DNA of 64,000 bases from Acidobacteriota bacterium (GTDB lineage: Bacteria; Acidobacteriota; Aminicenantia; Aminicenantales; Saccharicenantaceae). Shown in pieces: positions 18,263 through 28,533 of the stretch. Position 1 is the stretch's first letter. Each line of letters opens with the position of its first letter. The DNA lies in assembly GCA_029569255.1 (NCBI GenBank), contig JAKQUO010000019.1, positions 23,175-87,174 of the forward strand. Reading direction: 5' to 3'. A program made the position numbers and the translations under genes. The notes below the pieces were generated by a model. It was not told the origin of the DNA. It made no database searches and saw nothing but the letters and a program-made list of their open reading frames with translations.

Positions 18263-19255
18263 TCACATGATGATGGCGACGCTCCCCCGCCGCTGCCCGG
18301 TCTCGACGTACCGGTGCGCTTCGGCGGCCTGCTCCAGCGGGAAGTGTTTGTCGACGATGGCCCTGATCTTGCCCGCCTCGACCATCTCTTTGACCGCGAG
18401 CAGGTCCTCGAGGCCTCCGGGGGCGATCGCGCAGACCGCCCGCCGGCCTCGGGCGAGCGAAGTCCACAACATTGTCAGGAGATGCCTCCCCTTGAAGCTC
18501 GCGTAGAGCAGGATGCCGCGGGGCTCGAGCGAATGGCGGCCGCGCGAAAAGGGCGTCAGGCCCAGGACGTCGAAGATGACGTCGTAAGTCTCGCCGTTTT
18601 CGGTGAAGTCCTGCGCGGCGTGATCGATGGCCCGGTCCGCGCCCAAGGCCCGGACGTAGTCCAGCCGGGCGCCGCCGCACACTCCGGTCACGTCGGCGCC
18701 GAGATGCTTGGCGATCTGGACTGCGGCCGCGCCGATCCCGCCGCTGGCCCCGTTGATCAGGATCCGCTGCCCCGGGAGGAGTTTCACCCTGCGCAGGAGG
18801 GAGACGGCCATCAGGGCCCCATAGGGAATGACGGCGGCCTCTTCGTAGGACAGATGAGCGGGTTTGTGGGCCACCGGGGCCTTCTCGCTCAGGCACATGT
18901 CCTCGGCGTAGGCGCCGAAACGCTGGCCGGCATGGCCGAACACCCGATCGCCCGGCTTGAAGCGCTTGACATCCCGGCCGACCGCGGTTACTTCACCGGC
19001 GAACTCGTTCCCCAGGACCCGGATCCTGGGCTTCCTCCAACCCATGGACATCTTGGCGATGAGCCAGAAAAGGAAGGGCATGTTGAAGCCGCGGGGCGTG
19101 ACCGACCTGAAGCTCCGGGCCATGAGGTCCCCGAAGTTGACGCTCGACGCCCGGACCTTGATCAGGATCTCTTTGGGCTTCGGCACGGGCCGGGCGACAT
19201 CCTCGAGCCGGAGGACGTCGGGGGAGCCGAACTCGTCGTAGACGATCGCTTTCAT
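18263..19255 (-). CDS. NAD(P)-dependent medium-chain dehydrogenase/reductase (quinone oxidoreductase/ADH-like)
   Basis: 330 aa with a GroES-like N-terminus and a Rossmann GASGGIGAAAVQIAK motif. Confidence 0.8.
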   Translation of the reverse strand: MKAIVYDEFGSPDVLRLEDVARPVPKPKEILIKVRASSVNFGDLMARSFRSVTPRGFNMPFLFWLIAKMSMGWRKPRIRVLGNEFAGEVTAVGRDVKRFKPGDRVFGHAGQRFGAYAEDMCLSEKAPVAHKPAHLSYEEAAVIPYGALMAVSLLRRVKLLPGQRILINGASGGIGAAAVQIAKHLGADVTGVCGGARLDYVRALGADRAIDHAAQDFTENGETYDVIFDVLGLTPFSRGRHSLEPRGILLYASFKGRHLLTMLWTSLARGRRAVCAIAPGGLEDLLAVKEMVEAGKIRAIVDKHFPLEQAAEAHRYVETGQRRGSVAIIM

Positions 19256-19273
19256 GGCCGGCTTATGCGGGTT

Positions 19274-19816
19274 CTAGGTCCGCGCGTGTTTGAGCACCGC
19301 GCCGGGCTGGCCCTTGTAGCGGGCCTGCAGCTTCTTGGCCAGCTCGAAGGCGTTCGGCCACTCTTTCCAGAACGACTTGTCGCATGAACCCAGGTCGAGG
19401 CACTGGACGCACGACTCGAGACCGTTGGCCGCCGGGCAGGCGCGGACGGGGCACTCGGCCATGCCGACCTTCAGGGGCTTGTCGCCCGGCTTGCAGCCGT
19501 AGCAGAAGATCTTGTCGGCATCAAAGTCGACCCCGAACTTCTTCTTCATCTCCCACCGCTCGTAGACGGATTTCTTCAGCGCGGCATCGTTCTCCCGGGT
19601 GGCCTTGAAGAGCTCGCACTGCTGTTCGCAATACGCCCGGGGGATGCCGCAATAGCACAGCGTCTTCGGATCGAGGGGTTTTGCTCCCGGCCCGGGCTTT
19701 GCGGGCGCGCTCTCCTGGGCCGGGGAGATCCGGCCCCAAGCGAGCAGGGCGCAGCCGGCGCCACCGCACTTCGCGCATTGCCCGATGAAACTCCGCCGAT
19801 TCAGTTTTTGGCTCAC
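19274..19816 (-). CDS. Cys-rich Tat-signal protein (DUF3795-like)
   Basis: 180 aa with a GTG start after an AAGGAGA RBS. The N-terminus MSQKLNRRSFIG has a twin-arginine motif, followed by multiple CxxC/CYGC clusters. Confidence 0.5.
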   Translation of the reverse strand: MSQKLNRRSFIGQCAKCGGAGCALLAWGRISPAQESAPAKPGPGAKPLDPKTLCYCGIPRAYCEQQCELFKATRENDAALKKSVYERWEMKKKFGVDFDADKIFCYGCKPGDKPLKVGMAECPVRACPAANGLESCVQCLDLGSCDKSFWKEWPNAFELAKKLQARYKGQPGAVLKHART

Positions 19817-19906
19817 GGTCTTCTCCTTATGATGTTGGAATGGGGCGGCCTATTAAAGCGCGGCCGCGATGAGCACTCGCCGCGGGGGACGGAGGTTGCC
19901 GGGGCC

Positions 19907-20788
19907 TCATTTCTTGTCGCTCTCCTTGGGCCGGGCCGCGGCCCGGCGGTCCTTCCAGCCCTCGAAGGCGAGCCGCAGCCCTTCGACCAAAGAGGCGCCG
20001 GGGACGTGGCCGCCGCCCCCCAGGACGGCCAGGCGGCAGGTCAATCCGGCCGGGGCCGTGAGATCGCATTGCTCCTTCAGCGCCCCGTTCTGGCTCAGTA
20101 CGGTGGGCAGGTCGTTCTCGCCCATGATCAGGACCAAGCGCTTCTCCCCTCCCTTGAAGCCGCGGATCCAAGCGTCCCGATGAGAGCGGAAGACGGGAAC
20201 GGACAGCGTGGCGCTGGCCGCGATATAGACGCTCGCCAGCCGCGGATCGCGGAAGAGCGCATACACGGCCGTGAAGCCCGTATTGGACGTCCCATAGAGG
20301 ACGCGGAGCGGCTCGGTCCGATAGGTCTTCTCGATCCGGGTGAAGAGCTCCTGGCCGATGAAATCCAGGAAAGCGTCGGCCCGGCCGCCGTCCTTGGTCC
20401 CGTCGCCGTAGGTCACGACTTCGGGAAAGATGTCCTTGGAGCGATCGGTGTTGGCCACGCCGACGACGATGAATTCCGGCATCTCTCCCAGGAAGGCCGC
20501 CTGGCGGAGGCCGCCGATGACGCCCGAGTTGAAGTTGATCTCGCCGTCGAGCATGTAGAGGACCGGGTAGCGGTCGCCGGTCTCGTCGTAGCGGTCGGGC
20601 AGCGACACCCAGGCCTCCCGCGTCTCGCCGAGGCGGGCCGAGACGATGCGCTCGACGCGGACCTGGGAGATGGGCGGGCGGACGGCTTGGGCCGCGGCCG
20701 GCGGCGCGAAGACGCCCAGCGCCGCCGTCAGGCCGAGCACGCGGGCGAGATGGACGAGAAAGCTGCGCCGGTCCTGTTCTTGGCTCAC
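19907..20788 (-). CDS. Alpha/beta hydrolase, esterase (enterochelin-esterase-like fold) with Tat signal
   Basis: 293 aa. The N-terminus MSQEQDRRSFL is Tat-like, and there is an esterase-family nucleophile region (YGTSNTGFTAVY). Confidence 0.7.
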   Translation of the reverse strand: MSQEQDRRSFLVHLARVLGLTAALGVFAPPAAAQAVRPPISQVRVERIVSARLGETREAWVSLPDRYDETGDRYPVLYMLDGEINFNSGVIGGLRQAAFLGEMPEFIVVGVANTDRSKDIFPEVVTYGDGTKDGGRADAFLDFIGQELFTRIEKTYRTEPLRVLYGTSNTGFTAVYALFRDPRLASVYIAASATLSVPVFRSHRDAWIRGFKGGEKRLVLIMGENDLPTVLSQNGALKEQCDLTAPAGLTCRLAVLGGGGHVPGASLVEGLRLAFEGWKDRRAAARPKESDKK

Positions 20789-20925
20789 GGTCTTCTCCTT
20801 GTGATGAACGTCCTCGTGATCTCCTCGCGGGCACCATACGCCCCGGAGCCGGCGTCGGCAATCGGGAAACCGCGTGAATCGGGGAATTCATACCGATTCC
20901 CGAGGCGACCTGCGGCCGTTCCGGC

Positions 20926-22656
20926 CTACTTGTCGGCCAGCGTCGTCAGCGTAAGGTAGGCCAAACGGACGATTTTCGCCATCCCCTCGAAATCGACCCG
21001 GCTTGCCGCGTCCCCGGTCTGATGATAGTCCGCGTGCCGGGGACCATCCCAGGCGACATGGGGCACGCCAGCCTGGGCGAAGGGGAGTTAATCGCTCACG
21101 GTCCCGGAGCTCTTGGGCACCGCTTCCTCGATCTGCCAGAGGTCGAGGCCGACGGCCCGGTCGGCCTCGCGGAGGACGCCGCCCAGGTCGCCACCCGCCG
21201 AAAAGGCGACGGCCGCGAAATTCCCGGGCAAGATCGCCGCCCGGTCAGGCACGGGGACCTTCAGCCTGGCCAGCCGGCTGTCCCGACTGCCCCGGTCGCC
21301 ATTCCGCCCGATCATGTCGAGGTTGAGATAGGCGGTGGTCCCGGACATCGGGAATGCGGGGTGCCTTACGTAATGCGTCGAACCCAGCAGGCCGTGCTCC
21401 TCCCCCGTCCAGAGGCAGAAAACCGTTGTCCTCTTCGGTTTGCGGGCTTGTGCCGCGACGGCCCGGGCGATCTCGAGCACGCCAGCGGCGCCGCTGGCGT
21501 TGTCGTCGGCGCCGTTGAAGACGTAGGGACCGCGCTTGCCCAGATGGTCCAAATGCGCGCCGACGACGACGGCTTGCTCCTTGAGGGACGGGTCGCTTCC
21601 CGTGATCGCGCCGATGACGTTGCGGCAGCGGAGCAGCCGCTCGTCCCCGGCCGTCGTCCGGACGGTGAGCGTCCCGCCGCCGATCTCGAACGAGACTGGC
21701 CGCCATCGGGAGGCGATCTTGGCTTTCAGGCTTTCGACGCTTTGGCCGGCCAGCGCCAGGATCGCGTCGGCCATTTCGCGCGTGATGCAGATCGCGCCGC
21801 CGCCGCGCTTCGTGCCGGGCAGGACGACGAGGCGGGTCGGCTCGTCGATGACGGGCCGCTCGTCGTCCTCGACCCGCCCCATCTCGGGATAGATGTCGCG
21901 GCCGTCGAGCGTGTTCCTCACGACCAGGACGGCCTTCGGCCCCAGCTTGGCGACCGCGTTCGCCTTGGCCAGGCGCCCCACCCAAGACGCGTAGGTCCGA
22001 TACTTCTCCTTGAGCTTGTCTTTCGCGAACGGCGAGGCGGGGTCGCCCGCCCCCGGGACCTCGTCCAGGATCATGACGATCTTGTCCTTGACCTCGACGC
22101 CGGATAAATCGTCGTAGCCGACCGCCTCCTCGCGCAGGCCGTAGCCGGCGAAAACAACCGGGCCCGAGACCGTCTCGGGGACGCGGTTCAGATAGTAATT
22201 CTCCAGGTCCGCGTGCTCCTTGAAGGACCGGACGGCCCCCCCGTCGGGAGTCCCGGTCCGCCATTCGATCGCGCACCCGAGGTCCGTGTACTCCTTCATG
22301 ACGACGTCCTGGAAGTACCCGCGTTCCTCCCCGTCCGCCGCGTCGCCGGCCGGTTCGATCCCCCAGAGGGCGAAAAGCGAGGCGGCGAAATCGGACGCGA
22401 GACGGTAGCCGCGGGACCCGGCCTCGCGTCCTTCCAAGAGGTCCGAGGCAAGGCAGGTCACGAGGGTCCGGGAATCCCGCCCAGTGATCGAGGCGAGCCC
22501 GGCGCGTTGGGGCTCCGGCGCGGGATCGATCCTCTCGACCTTGGTCAGGGTCCCCGTGCCGGCGGGAGGAGCGGTTCTCTCTTGAGCCCCCGCGGGAAGG
22601 GCCGCAGCGGAGAAAACGCACAGGATGGCGATGAGGACTGGACGGGTTCGGCGCAT
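20926..22656 (-). pseudogene. M28 family peptidase (PA domain + aminopeptidase) interrupted by an in-frame TAA at 21088-21090
   Basis: The ORF track ends at ...GTVSD-TAA. The same frame continues LPFAQAGVPHVAWDGPRHADYHQTGD...TLAD-TAG, which is the canonical M28 C-terminus. The stop sits where the conserved S-D-H-x-P-F metal-ligand His is expected. Confidence 0.65.
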
Positions 22657-22669
22657 GGACGCTATCTCC

Positions 22670-24184
22670 TTACCTTCCGGAGAGGGCGGAGGTTGTGGGT
22701 TCCTTGAGCGCGCTCACCGCCTTTTCGTATTCCTCGGCAAAGCGCTTGTTTTTTTCATCGCTGCTATAAAGCCTGACGCAGTTCTTGTACAGCGCGAGGG
22801 CCTTTGCGTCGTCGACGCCCCTCAGGGTCTCCGCGCAGTAGTAATTCAGCCTGAAATCGTCGGGGAAGTCGGCCAGGCCCGCTTCCCATATTCTGATCGA
22901 CTCTTGCTTCAGATGGTGCTTGTTGTCCAGCTCGCTGGCGAGAGTGTAATAATCCGGCGCGCCGATGCGATAGTCGTCCTTCTTCTTGAGCAGAGACAAT
23001 TGCGCCATGGCCCGCTCGATCCCGGCCTGTCCGATGGTCAGCCCGACGGCCTTGGCGATCGATCTCTTGGCCTCCGGGACGTCCCGGCCCGCCAGGATGT
23101 CGATGATGTCATCGGTGATGTCGTAGCACCACTTGACCCCCACGTCGGTCCTGAAATAATCGTTCTCCAAAATGATGATATCCGTCTGGTCTTCCACGAT
23201 CCTGGTCGAGTAGGCCTTGTATCCGTCGGTCGAGCCGCCGTGGCTGATCAGCGTCTTTTTTTTGCCGTCCGGCGCGATCGTGTCGATCCACCAACCGTAG
23301 CCGTAATACTGCCAGTCTTTGACGTGGGGGGTGAACATCTTCTGATACAGCGCTTTGCTCGTCAGCGTCTGGGCCGTGAAGCACTCGTGGTTGAACTTGG
23401 CCATATCCTCGACGGTGGACAGGATCCCCCCGCTGCCTTTGCAGTGATCCATGGAGATGTAGGCGGGGAGCTTATACCCTTCCAGCAGGTAATACTCATA
23501 GCCAAAGGCCCGTTTGGGGTCGAGCGCGAGGTTGTTGTTGAGCGTGGTGTCGTCCATGCGGAGGGGCGCGAAGATCCTCTGCTTCAACAACTCGGCAAAA
23601 CCCTTATGGGTCACCTTCTCGCACATGATGGCGAGCAGGTTGTAAGCGATCCCGCTATATTGAAAACCCGTGCCGGGCTCGAACTTCAAGGAGGTTTCCT
23701 TGACCAGCTCCAGATATTGATCCGAATCGTAGATCCAGCGGACCCGCTTTTTGGACAGGTCGGGGATCGCTCCGTGATCCGGGATCCCGGACGTATGCGT
23801 CAGCATCTGGTGGATCGTGACCCGGTCCTTGCCCGGGCCGTCATATTGCGGAATATAGGTGTTGAGGGTGGCATTCAGGTCGATCAGGCCCTCGCCGGCC
23901 AGGATCAGCACCATCAAGGCCGTGTATGATTTGCTGACGGACCCGATCAGGAATTTTGAGTCCAGGGTGTTCTTGACGTTCCATTGCCGGTCGGCCAAGC
24001 CAAAGGCCTTCGCGTAGAGGACGTCGGGGCCTTTCTTGACCAGGATGGCGCCGTTGAATTGCCCGCATCTGTAATAAGAGGTCATGACCCTGTCGATCTT
24101 TTGCGAGGCACTTTCGGCGTGAAGCGGCAACGTCGAAAAGAGCAAGATGAGGACTGCCCGACCTATGAAAGCGTTGCGTCGCAT
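22670..24184 (-). CDS. Serine hydrolase (beta-lactamase family, SxxK) with C-terminal TPR-like helical region
   Basis: 504 aa beginning at the internal Met (MRRNAFIG, signal peptide) of a longer artefactual ORF. It has the SVSKSY active-site motif. GC content is lower by eye. Confidence 0.75.
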   Translation of the reverse strand: MRRNAFIGRAVLILLFSTLPLHAESASQKIDRVMTSYYRCGQFNGAILVKKGPDVLYAKAFGLADRQWNVKNTLDSKFLIGSVSKSYTALMVLILAGEGLIDLNATLNTYIPQYDGPGKDRVTIHQMLTHTSGIPDHGAIPDLSKKRVRWIYDSDQYLELVKETSLKFEPGTGFQYSGIAYNLLAIMCEKVTHKGFAELLKQRIFAPLRMDDTTLNNNLALDPKRAFGYEYYLLEGYKLPAYISMDHCKGSGGILSTVEDMAKFNHECFTAQTLTSKALYQKMFTPHVKDWQYYGYGWWIDTIAPDGKKKTLISHGGSTDGYKAYSTRIVEDQTDIIILENDYFRTDVGVKWCYDITDDIIDILAGRDVPEAKRSIAKAVGLTIGQAGIERAMAQLSLLKKKDDYRIGAPDYYTLASELDNKHHLKQESIRIWEAGLADFPDDFRLNYYCAETLRGVDDAKALALYKNCVRLYSSDEKNKRFAEEYEKAVSALKEPTTSALSGR

Positions 24185-24195
24185 GTCTGTTCGCT

Positions 24196-27100
24196 TCACG
24201 GTTGTCTCCTTATCTTGTCCTGCCCCGGCAGGCGCTTCATCAGCTCCGCGACGGCCCGCTCCAGTTGCCCGTCCACTCCCCGGATCATCTCGTCGGGCCG
24301 GTTCTCGACCTCGATATCGGGCGGGACGCCCTCGTTCTCGATGACCCCCTTGCCTTCCGCCGGATAGACGAGGACGCCGCCGTCGACAAGCCTCATCCCT
24401 CCCGTGGACGCCAGGCGGCCCGCCGTCCGGCGGCCGACGATGGGTCCGACGTCCCACTGGCGGAAGATCGCGGCGAACGTCTCCCCGCTCGACTCGGCCC
24501 CCTCGTTGATCAGGCAGGCCTTGAGCCCGGCGAACACGGGATCGGGCTCGGAGATCGAGGCCTTCCCGTGCGGAAGCGACGAGCGGAAGATCACGCGGCG
24601 GTTCAGCCTCTCGATCATCCAGACGGGAGAGTAGCCGCCGCCGTTCCAGCGGACGTCCAGGATCAGGCCTTCCTTGTGGAGCAGGGCCGGGGCCTGACGG
24701 AAGAACGCGGCGACGCCCGGGACATAGGTATCGGGAAGATGGAGGTAGCCGATCCGGCCGCCGCTCGCCTTGTCCACGGCCTCCCGGTTGCGGGCGACCC
24801 AATCGGCATAGCGGAGGGGATCGGCCCCGTTCTCCGAGCAGGCGGCCGCCCTCACGGTCAGGCGCCGGGCTCCTTCCGGGCTCGGTCGGGAGTTGACCGT
24901 CACGACGACATCCCGGCCGGCCTTGTCCAGGAGGAGGGAATCCGGGTTGACCCCTTCCTTGAGGGGAGCGCCGTCGATGGCCAGGAGATAGTCCCCCGGC
25001 TTGACGTTCATCCCGGGCAGAGTGAGCGGGCTCGTCATTTCCGGCTCCCAGTTCCTGCCCCGAAAGATCCTCGAGATCCGGTAAAGATGCGTCGCCGGGT
25101 CCGCCTCCAGATCGACGCCGAGCAGGCCGTGACCGCGCCGGGGGACGACCTCCAGGTCCCCGCCCGAGATCTCCAAGTGGCTGTGGCCGAGCTCGGCGAA
25201 CATCTCTTCGAGGAGGAGATTGAGGTCCCGCCGCGAGGCCGCGTACGGCAGAAGGCTCTCGTATTTTCTCCGCACGGCCGTCCAATCGAGGCCGCGCATC
25301 TTGTCGTCGTAGAAGAAGTCCCTCACGATGCGCCAGGACTCGGCGAAGATCTGGGCCCATTCCCGGCGGCGGTCGAGGTCCATGCGGAGCCCCGAAAGGT
25401 CGAGCCCGGCGCCGTCCGCGCTCCCCCGCTTCGCCCTGAGGTCGAGGATGCCGATCCCCTCGTCACTCCGATAGGCGGCTTTGTCCGCATGGGCCGCCGG
25501 GACGAGATAAAAGGCGCTCTCCGACAGGGTCGTCTCCTTTTTGGAGGCCAGGTCGAAGAGCTTGAAGCTCGACCCGCCCGAGGCCGGCGAGGACCGATAG
25601 ACCAGGCCGCCCTCGACGGCCCGCAGGGAGTCGTACGTCGAATCCTCCACGGGCAGGGCCATGATCCGCTCGCCCAGTCCTTCGACGTCGATCTCGATCG
25701 GCCCGGGGGCGGCCTCTCCCGGGACGCGGCCGGCGTCCGCCGCGCCGGGGGCGAAGGGAGACGGCTCCTCCCGCCGCAGGGTGGCGGCGACGATAGTCGA
25801 GGGATTGGCGATATGATGATCGCCGTCCCAGAAAGAGTCCTCCACGCTGCCCTTGCCATAGGCCGCCCAATAAAGGCGCCGGCCGGCGAGGTCGAACTGG
25901 GGATCGGAGGCATGAACGGACCCGTCCGTCACGCGGAAGGAGCGGTCCCGGTCGAGGGAATAGAGCCAGATCGAGCTGAGCCAGTTGGGACCGCCGAGCG
26001 CGTAGACGAGCCAGCGGCCGTCGGGCGACCAGGCCGCGGAGACGAACGGCACCGAGCCCTGGTAGGCGTTGACGAAGACTTGCTTGGTCGCGCGGGTCTC
26101 GAGATCGAGGACGCGGTAGACGGCCCGATGGTCGGCGAAGCCGATCCGCCGCCCGTCGGGAGACCAGCTGAGCGGCCCGATCCGCCCGGCCCCGAGGCGG
26201 CTGACCTGCTCCGGCTCCCGCCCGTCCCCCTCGCGGCAGACATAGATCTGGTCCTCCCCCGTGGCGTCGGAGACGTAGGCATAGCTCCCGCCCGCGGGGT
26301 TCCACTGCGGATACCGCTCGTTGGCGCCCGGTGTCCGGGTCAGGTTCACGGTCGTCTTGCGCTCGCAGTCGATGAGGAACAGGTCTCCCCGCGCGCCGAG
26401 GATCGCCTTCCGCCCGTCGGGCGACAGGGCCGGAGCGCCCGAGACGTGCTTTTCGACGCCGACCGATTCCGCCTTCCCGGGATCGCCGGCCCCGGGGACC
26501 CCGATGGTGACGGGCCTCGAAGTCTCCGTGCGGACGTCAAAGACGACGATCCGCCCCTCGTTCTCGAAGACGATCCGGCCGCCGCCCCGGCTTGGCCAGC
26601 GGACCGGCCATTCCTTGAAGAAGGTCAGCTGCCGGACGGCCCCGGTCCTGAGATCGCGGACCCACAGGTTGGCCCGGCCCCCATCGCCTTTGTCGCTCAC
26701 GTAATAGAGGCGGTCCCCGATCCAGAGCGGATGGTTGTTGACGGACCCGTCGGCGACGATCCGCTCCGCGGTCCGCCTCGCGAGGTCGTACGTCCAGATA
26801 TCGGGCGCGGCCCCGCCGCGATAGCCCCTGACCAGGCCGTCGGAGCGCGTCGGGCAAAAGGCCAGCTTGTCCCCGGCCTCGTTGAAGCAGGCGAGGTCGG
26901 CCTCCGGCAGCTCCAAGGCCCGGACGAGTCCGCCCGCGGCGGGAACGAACAGCAGCCGGTTGACCCCTTCGGTGAAGCTCGCCGCGTTGGAGCGAAAGAG
27001 GATGCTTTTGCCGTCAGGGCGCCAATCGACGACCCACTCGTCAGCCGGATGGAAGGTCAGCCGCCGCGGCGCGCCGCCGGAGACGGGCATGACGTAGACG

Positions 27101-27369
27101 TCCTTGTTCCCTTCGCACTCCGCCGAGAAGGCGATCTCGCGGCCGTCGGGCGAGAACTTCGGCAGCAGCTCCTCCCCCGGCAGCGAGGTGAGGCGCCGGG
27201 CGTTCCCCCCGGCGATCGAGGCGATATAGAGATCGCCGCCGTAACAGAAGGCGATCTTGTCCCCGTGGATGTCCGGATAGCGCAGCAGACGGGTTTCCCG
27301 GGACAAGGCGGCCTGCGGCCCGAAGGCAAGAAGGCCGAGGGCCAGGACACATGGGCCAAGTCTGTTCAT
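24196..27369 (-). CDS. Tricorn protease homolog (S41 family; beta-propeller, PDZ, protease domains)
   Basis: 1057 aa with a signal peptide, WD40/Tol-like propeller repeats (FSPDGREIAF, WSPDGRWLVY), a PDZ domain and a C-terminal S41 catalytic domain. Confidence 0.85.
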   Translation of the reverse strand: MNRLGPCVLALGLLAFGPQAALSRETRLLRYPDIHGDKIAFCYGGDLYIASIAGGNARRLTSLPGEELLPKFSPDGREIAFSAECEGNKDVYVMPVSGGAPRRLTFHPADEWVVDWRPDGKSILFRSNAASFTEGVNRLLFVPAAGGLVRALELPEADLACFNEAGDKLAFCPTRSDGLVRGYRGGAAPDIWTYDLARRTAERIVADGSVNNHPLWIGDRLYYVSDKGDGGRANLWVRDLRTGAVRQLTFFKEWPVRWPSRGGGRIVFENEGRIVVFDVRTETSRPVTIGVPGAGDPGKAESVGVEKHVSGAPALSPDGRKAILGARGDLFLIDCERKTTVNLTRTPGANERYPQWNPAGGSYAYVSDATGEDQIYVCREGDGREPEQVSRLGAGRIGPLSWSPDGRRIGFADHRAVYRVLDLETRATKQVFVNAYQGSVPFVSAAWSPDGRWLVYALGGPNWLSSIWLYSLDRDRSFRVTDGSVHASDPQFDLAGRRLYWAAYGKGSVEDSFWDGDHHIANPSTIVAATLRREEPSPFAPGAADAGRVPGEAAPGPIEIDVEGLGERIMALPVEDSTYDSLRAVEGGLVYRSSPASGGSSFKLFDLASKKETTLSESAFYLVPAAHADKAAYRSDEGIGILDLRAKRGSADGAGLDLSGLRMDLDRRREWAQIFAESWRIVRDFFYDDKMRGLDWTAVRRKYESLLPYAASRRDLNLLLEEMFAELGHSHLEISGGDLEVVPRRGHGLLGVDLEADPATHLYRISRIFRGRNWEPEMTSPLTLPGMNVKPGDYLLAIDGAPLKEGVNPDSLLLDKAGRDVVVTVNSRPSPEGARRLTVRAAACSENGADPLRYADWVARNREAVDKASGGRIGYLHLPDTYVPGVAAFFRQAPALLHKEGLILDVRWNGGGYSPVWMIERLNRRVIFRSSLPHGKASISEPDPVFAGLKACLINEGAESSGETFAAIFRQWDVGPIVGRRTAGRLASTGGMRLVDGGVLVYPAEGKGVIENEGVPPDIEVENRPDEMIRGVDGQLERAVAELMKRLPGQDKIRRQP

Positions 27370-27464
27370 GGACGCTCCTTTGTCCTATATACGCACGGGA
27401 GGGCGGCGGCGGCTATCGGGAAACCGGGTGATCCCGAGAAATCATACCGATTCCCGAGGCCTCC

Positions 27465-28493
27465 TTGCCTCCGGGGCTCCCGTTCTCATATAATTCCTCC
27501 CCGTCGAGGGAGAAAGACCGAGCCGTGAAGCATTTCAACGTCCTGACCATGGCCCTCGTCCTCGTCGTCGGGGTCTGGGCCGTCGTCGAGTTCCGCCAGT
27601 GGGCCCGCCGCTACGCCGAGCACCGGCTGGGCGGTCTCTGGCTGTTCCTCGTCTTTTACAACGCCCTGGCCGTGGTCACCTTTCTCGGGGCCTACGGGCA
27701 GAGCAATCTCGCCCCGGACCAGCTGGCGGGATTCTCTTTCTGGTATAAGTTCGTCGAATGGCCGGTCGCCACCGCCCTCGTCCTGGCCGTCCACATCTCG
27801 CTTTATGTGTTCATCTTCCGCCGCCGGGGCAGGGGCTTGCCGCCTTGGCTCGTTCCCGTGGCGGCGGTCTTCGCCGCGGCGGTGCTGGCCTGGTACTTTC
27901 TGGCCTTGAGGATCCCGGTCCTGACGCCTCCGCGGCCTGATAATACCTTCTGGCTCGCCCTCGTCTGGCCCCCCGGCCTCCTCGATATGGGCTGTCTCGG
28001 CTGGCTGCTGGCCCGGAGCCGGAAGGACGCCGATCCGGGACGGCGGAAGGTCGAGGCCGCGTTCGCTTGGCTGTTCCTGGCCCGCTATCCCCTGCACCTG
28101 GCCCTGAGCGTCTGGAGCCCGGCCGCGGCTCCGTTCCTTGCGCTGACGATGACCCGGCTCCTCGGCCTCTACACGAACCTGGCGCCCCTCATCTGGCTCA
28201 AAGCCTGGTTCCTGCCCTGGGCGGGCGGCCTGGGCAAGGTCCTGGCGACGCGCTTCGACCTGCCGGCGATCGGCCGGGCCCGCGGCCTCTCCGCCCGCGA
28301 GATGGAGATCCTCGGGCTCATGATCGACGGCAAGAGCTACAAGGAGATCGAGCGCTCGCTCCACATCTCCATCCACACCGTCAAGAGCCACGTCTACAGC
28401 CTCTACCGCAAGATGGACGTCACGAGCCGCCACCAGCTTATCCACAGGATCGGCGTCTACGGCGGGGGGAGCCCGTCGAGCCCGCAGCCGTAG
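27465..28493 (+). CDS. Membrane-anchored LuxR-family HTH transcriptional regulator
   Basis: Multiple TM helices followed by a C-terminal LuxR HTH (LSAREMEILGLMIDGKSYKEIERSLHISIHTVKSHVYSLYRKM). The true start may be the internal Met at ~27549. Confidence 0.65.
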   Translation: MPPGLPFSYNSSPSREKDRAVKHFNVLTMALVLVVGVWAVVEFRQWARRYAEHRLGGLWLFLVFYNALAVVTFLGAYGQSNLAPDQLAGFSFWYKFVEWPVATALVLAVHISLYVFIFRRRGRGLPPWLVPVAAVFAAAVLAWYFLALRIPVLTPPRPDNTFWLALVWPPGLLDMGCLGWLLARSRKDADPGRRKVEAAFAWLFLARYPLHLALSVWSPAAAPFLALTMTRLLGLYTNLAPLIWLKAWFLPWAGGLGKVLATRFDLPAIGRARGLSAREMEILGLMIDGKSYKEIERSLHISIHTVKSHVYSLYRKMDVTSRHQLIHRIGVYGGGSPSSPQP

Positions 28494-28533
28494 TCCAGGG
28501 CGGCCCTGCTCCCGGAAATCATGAGGAATGGGG

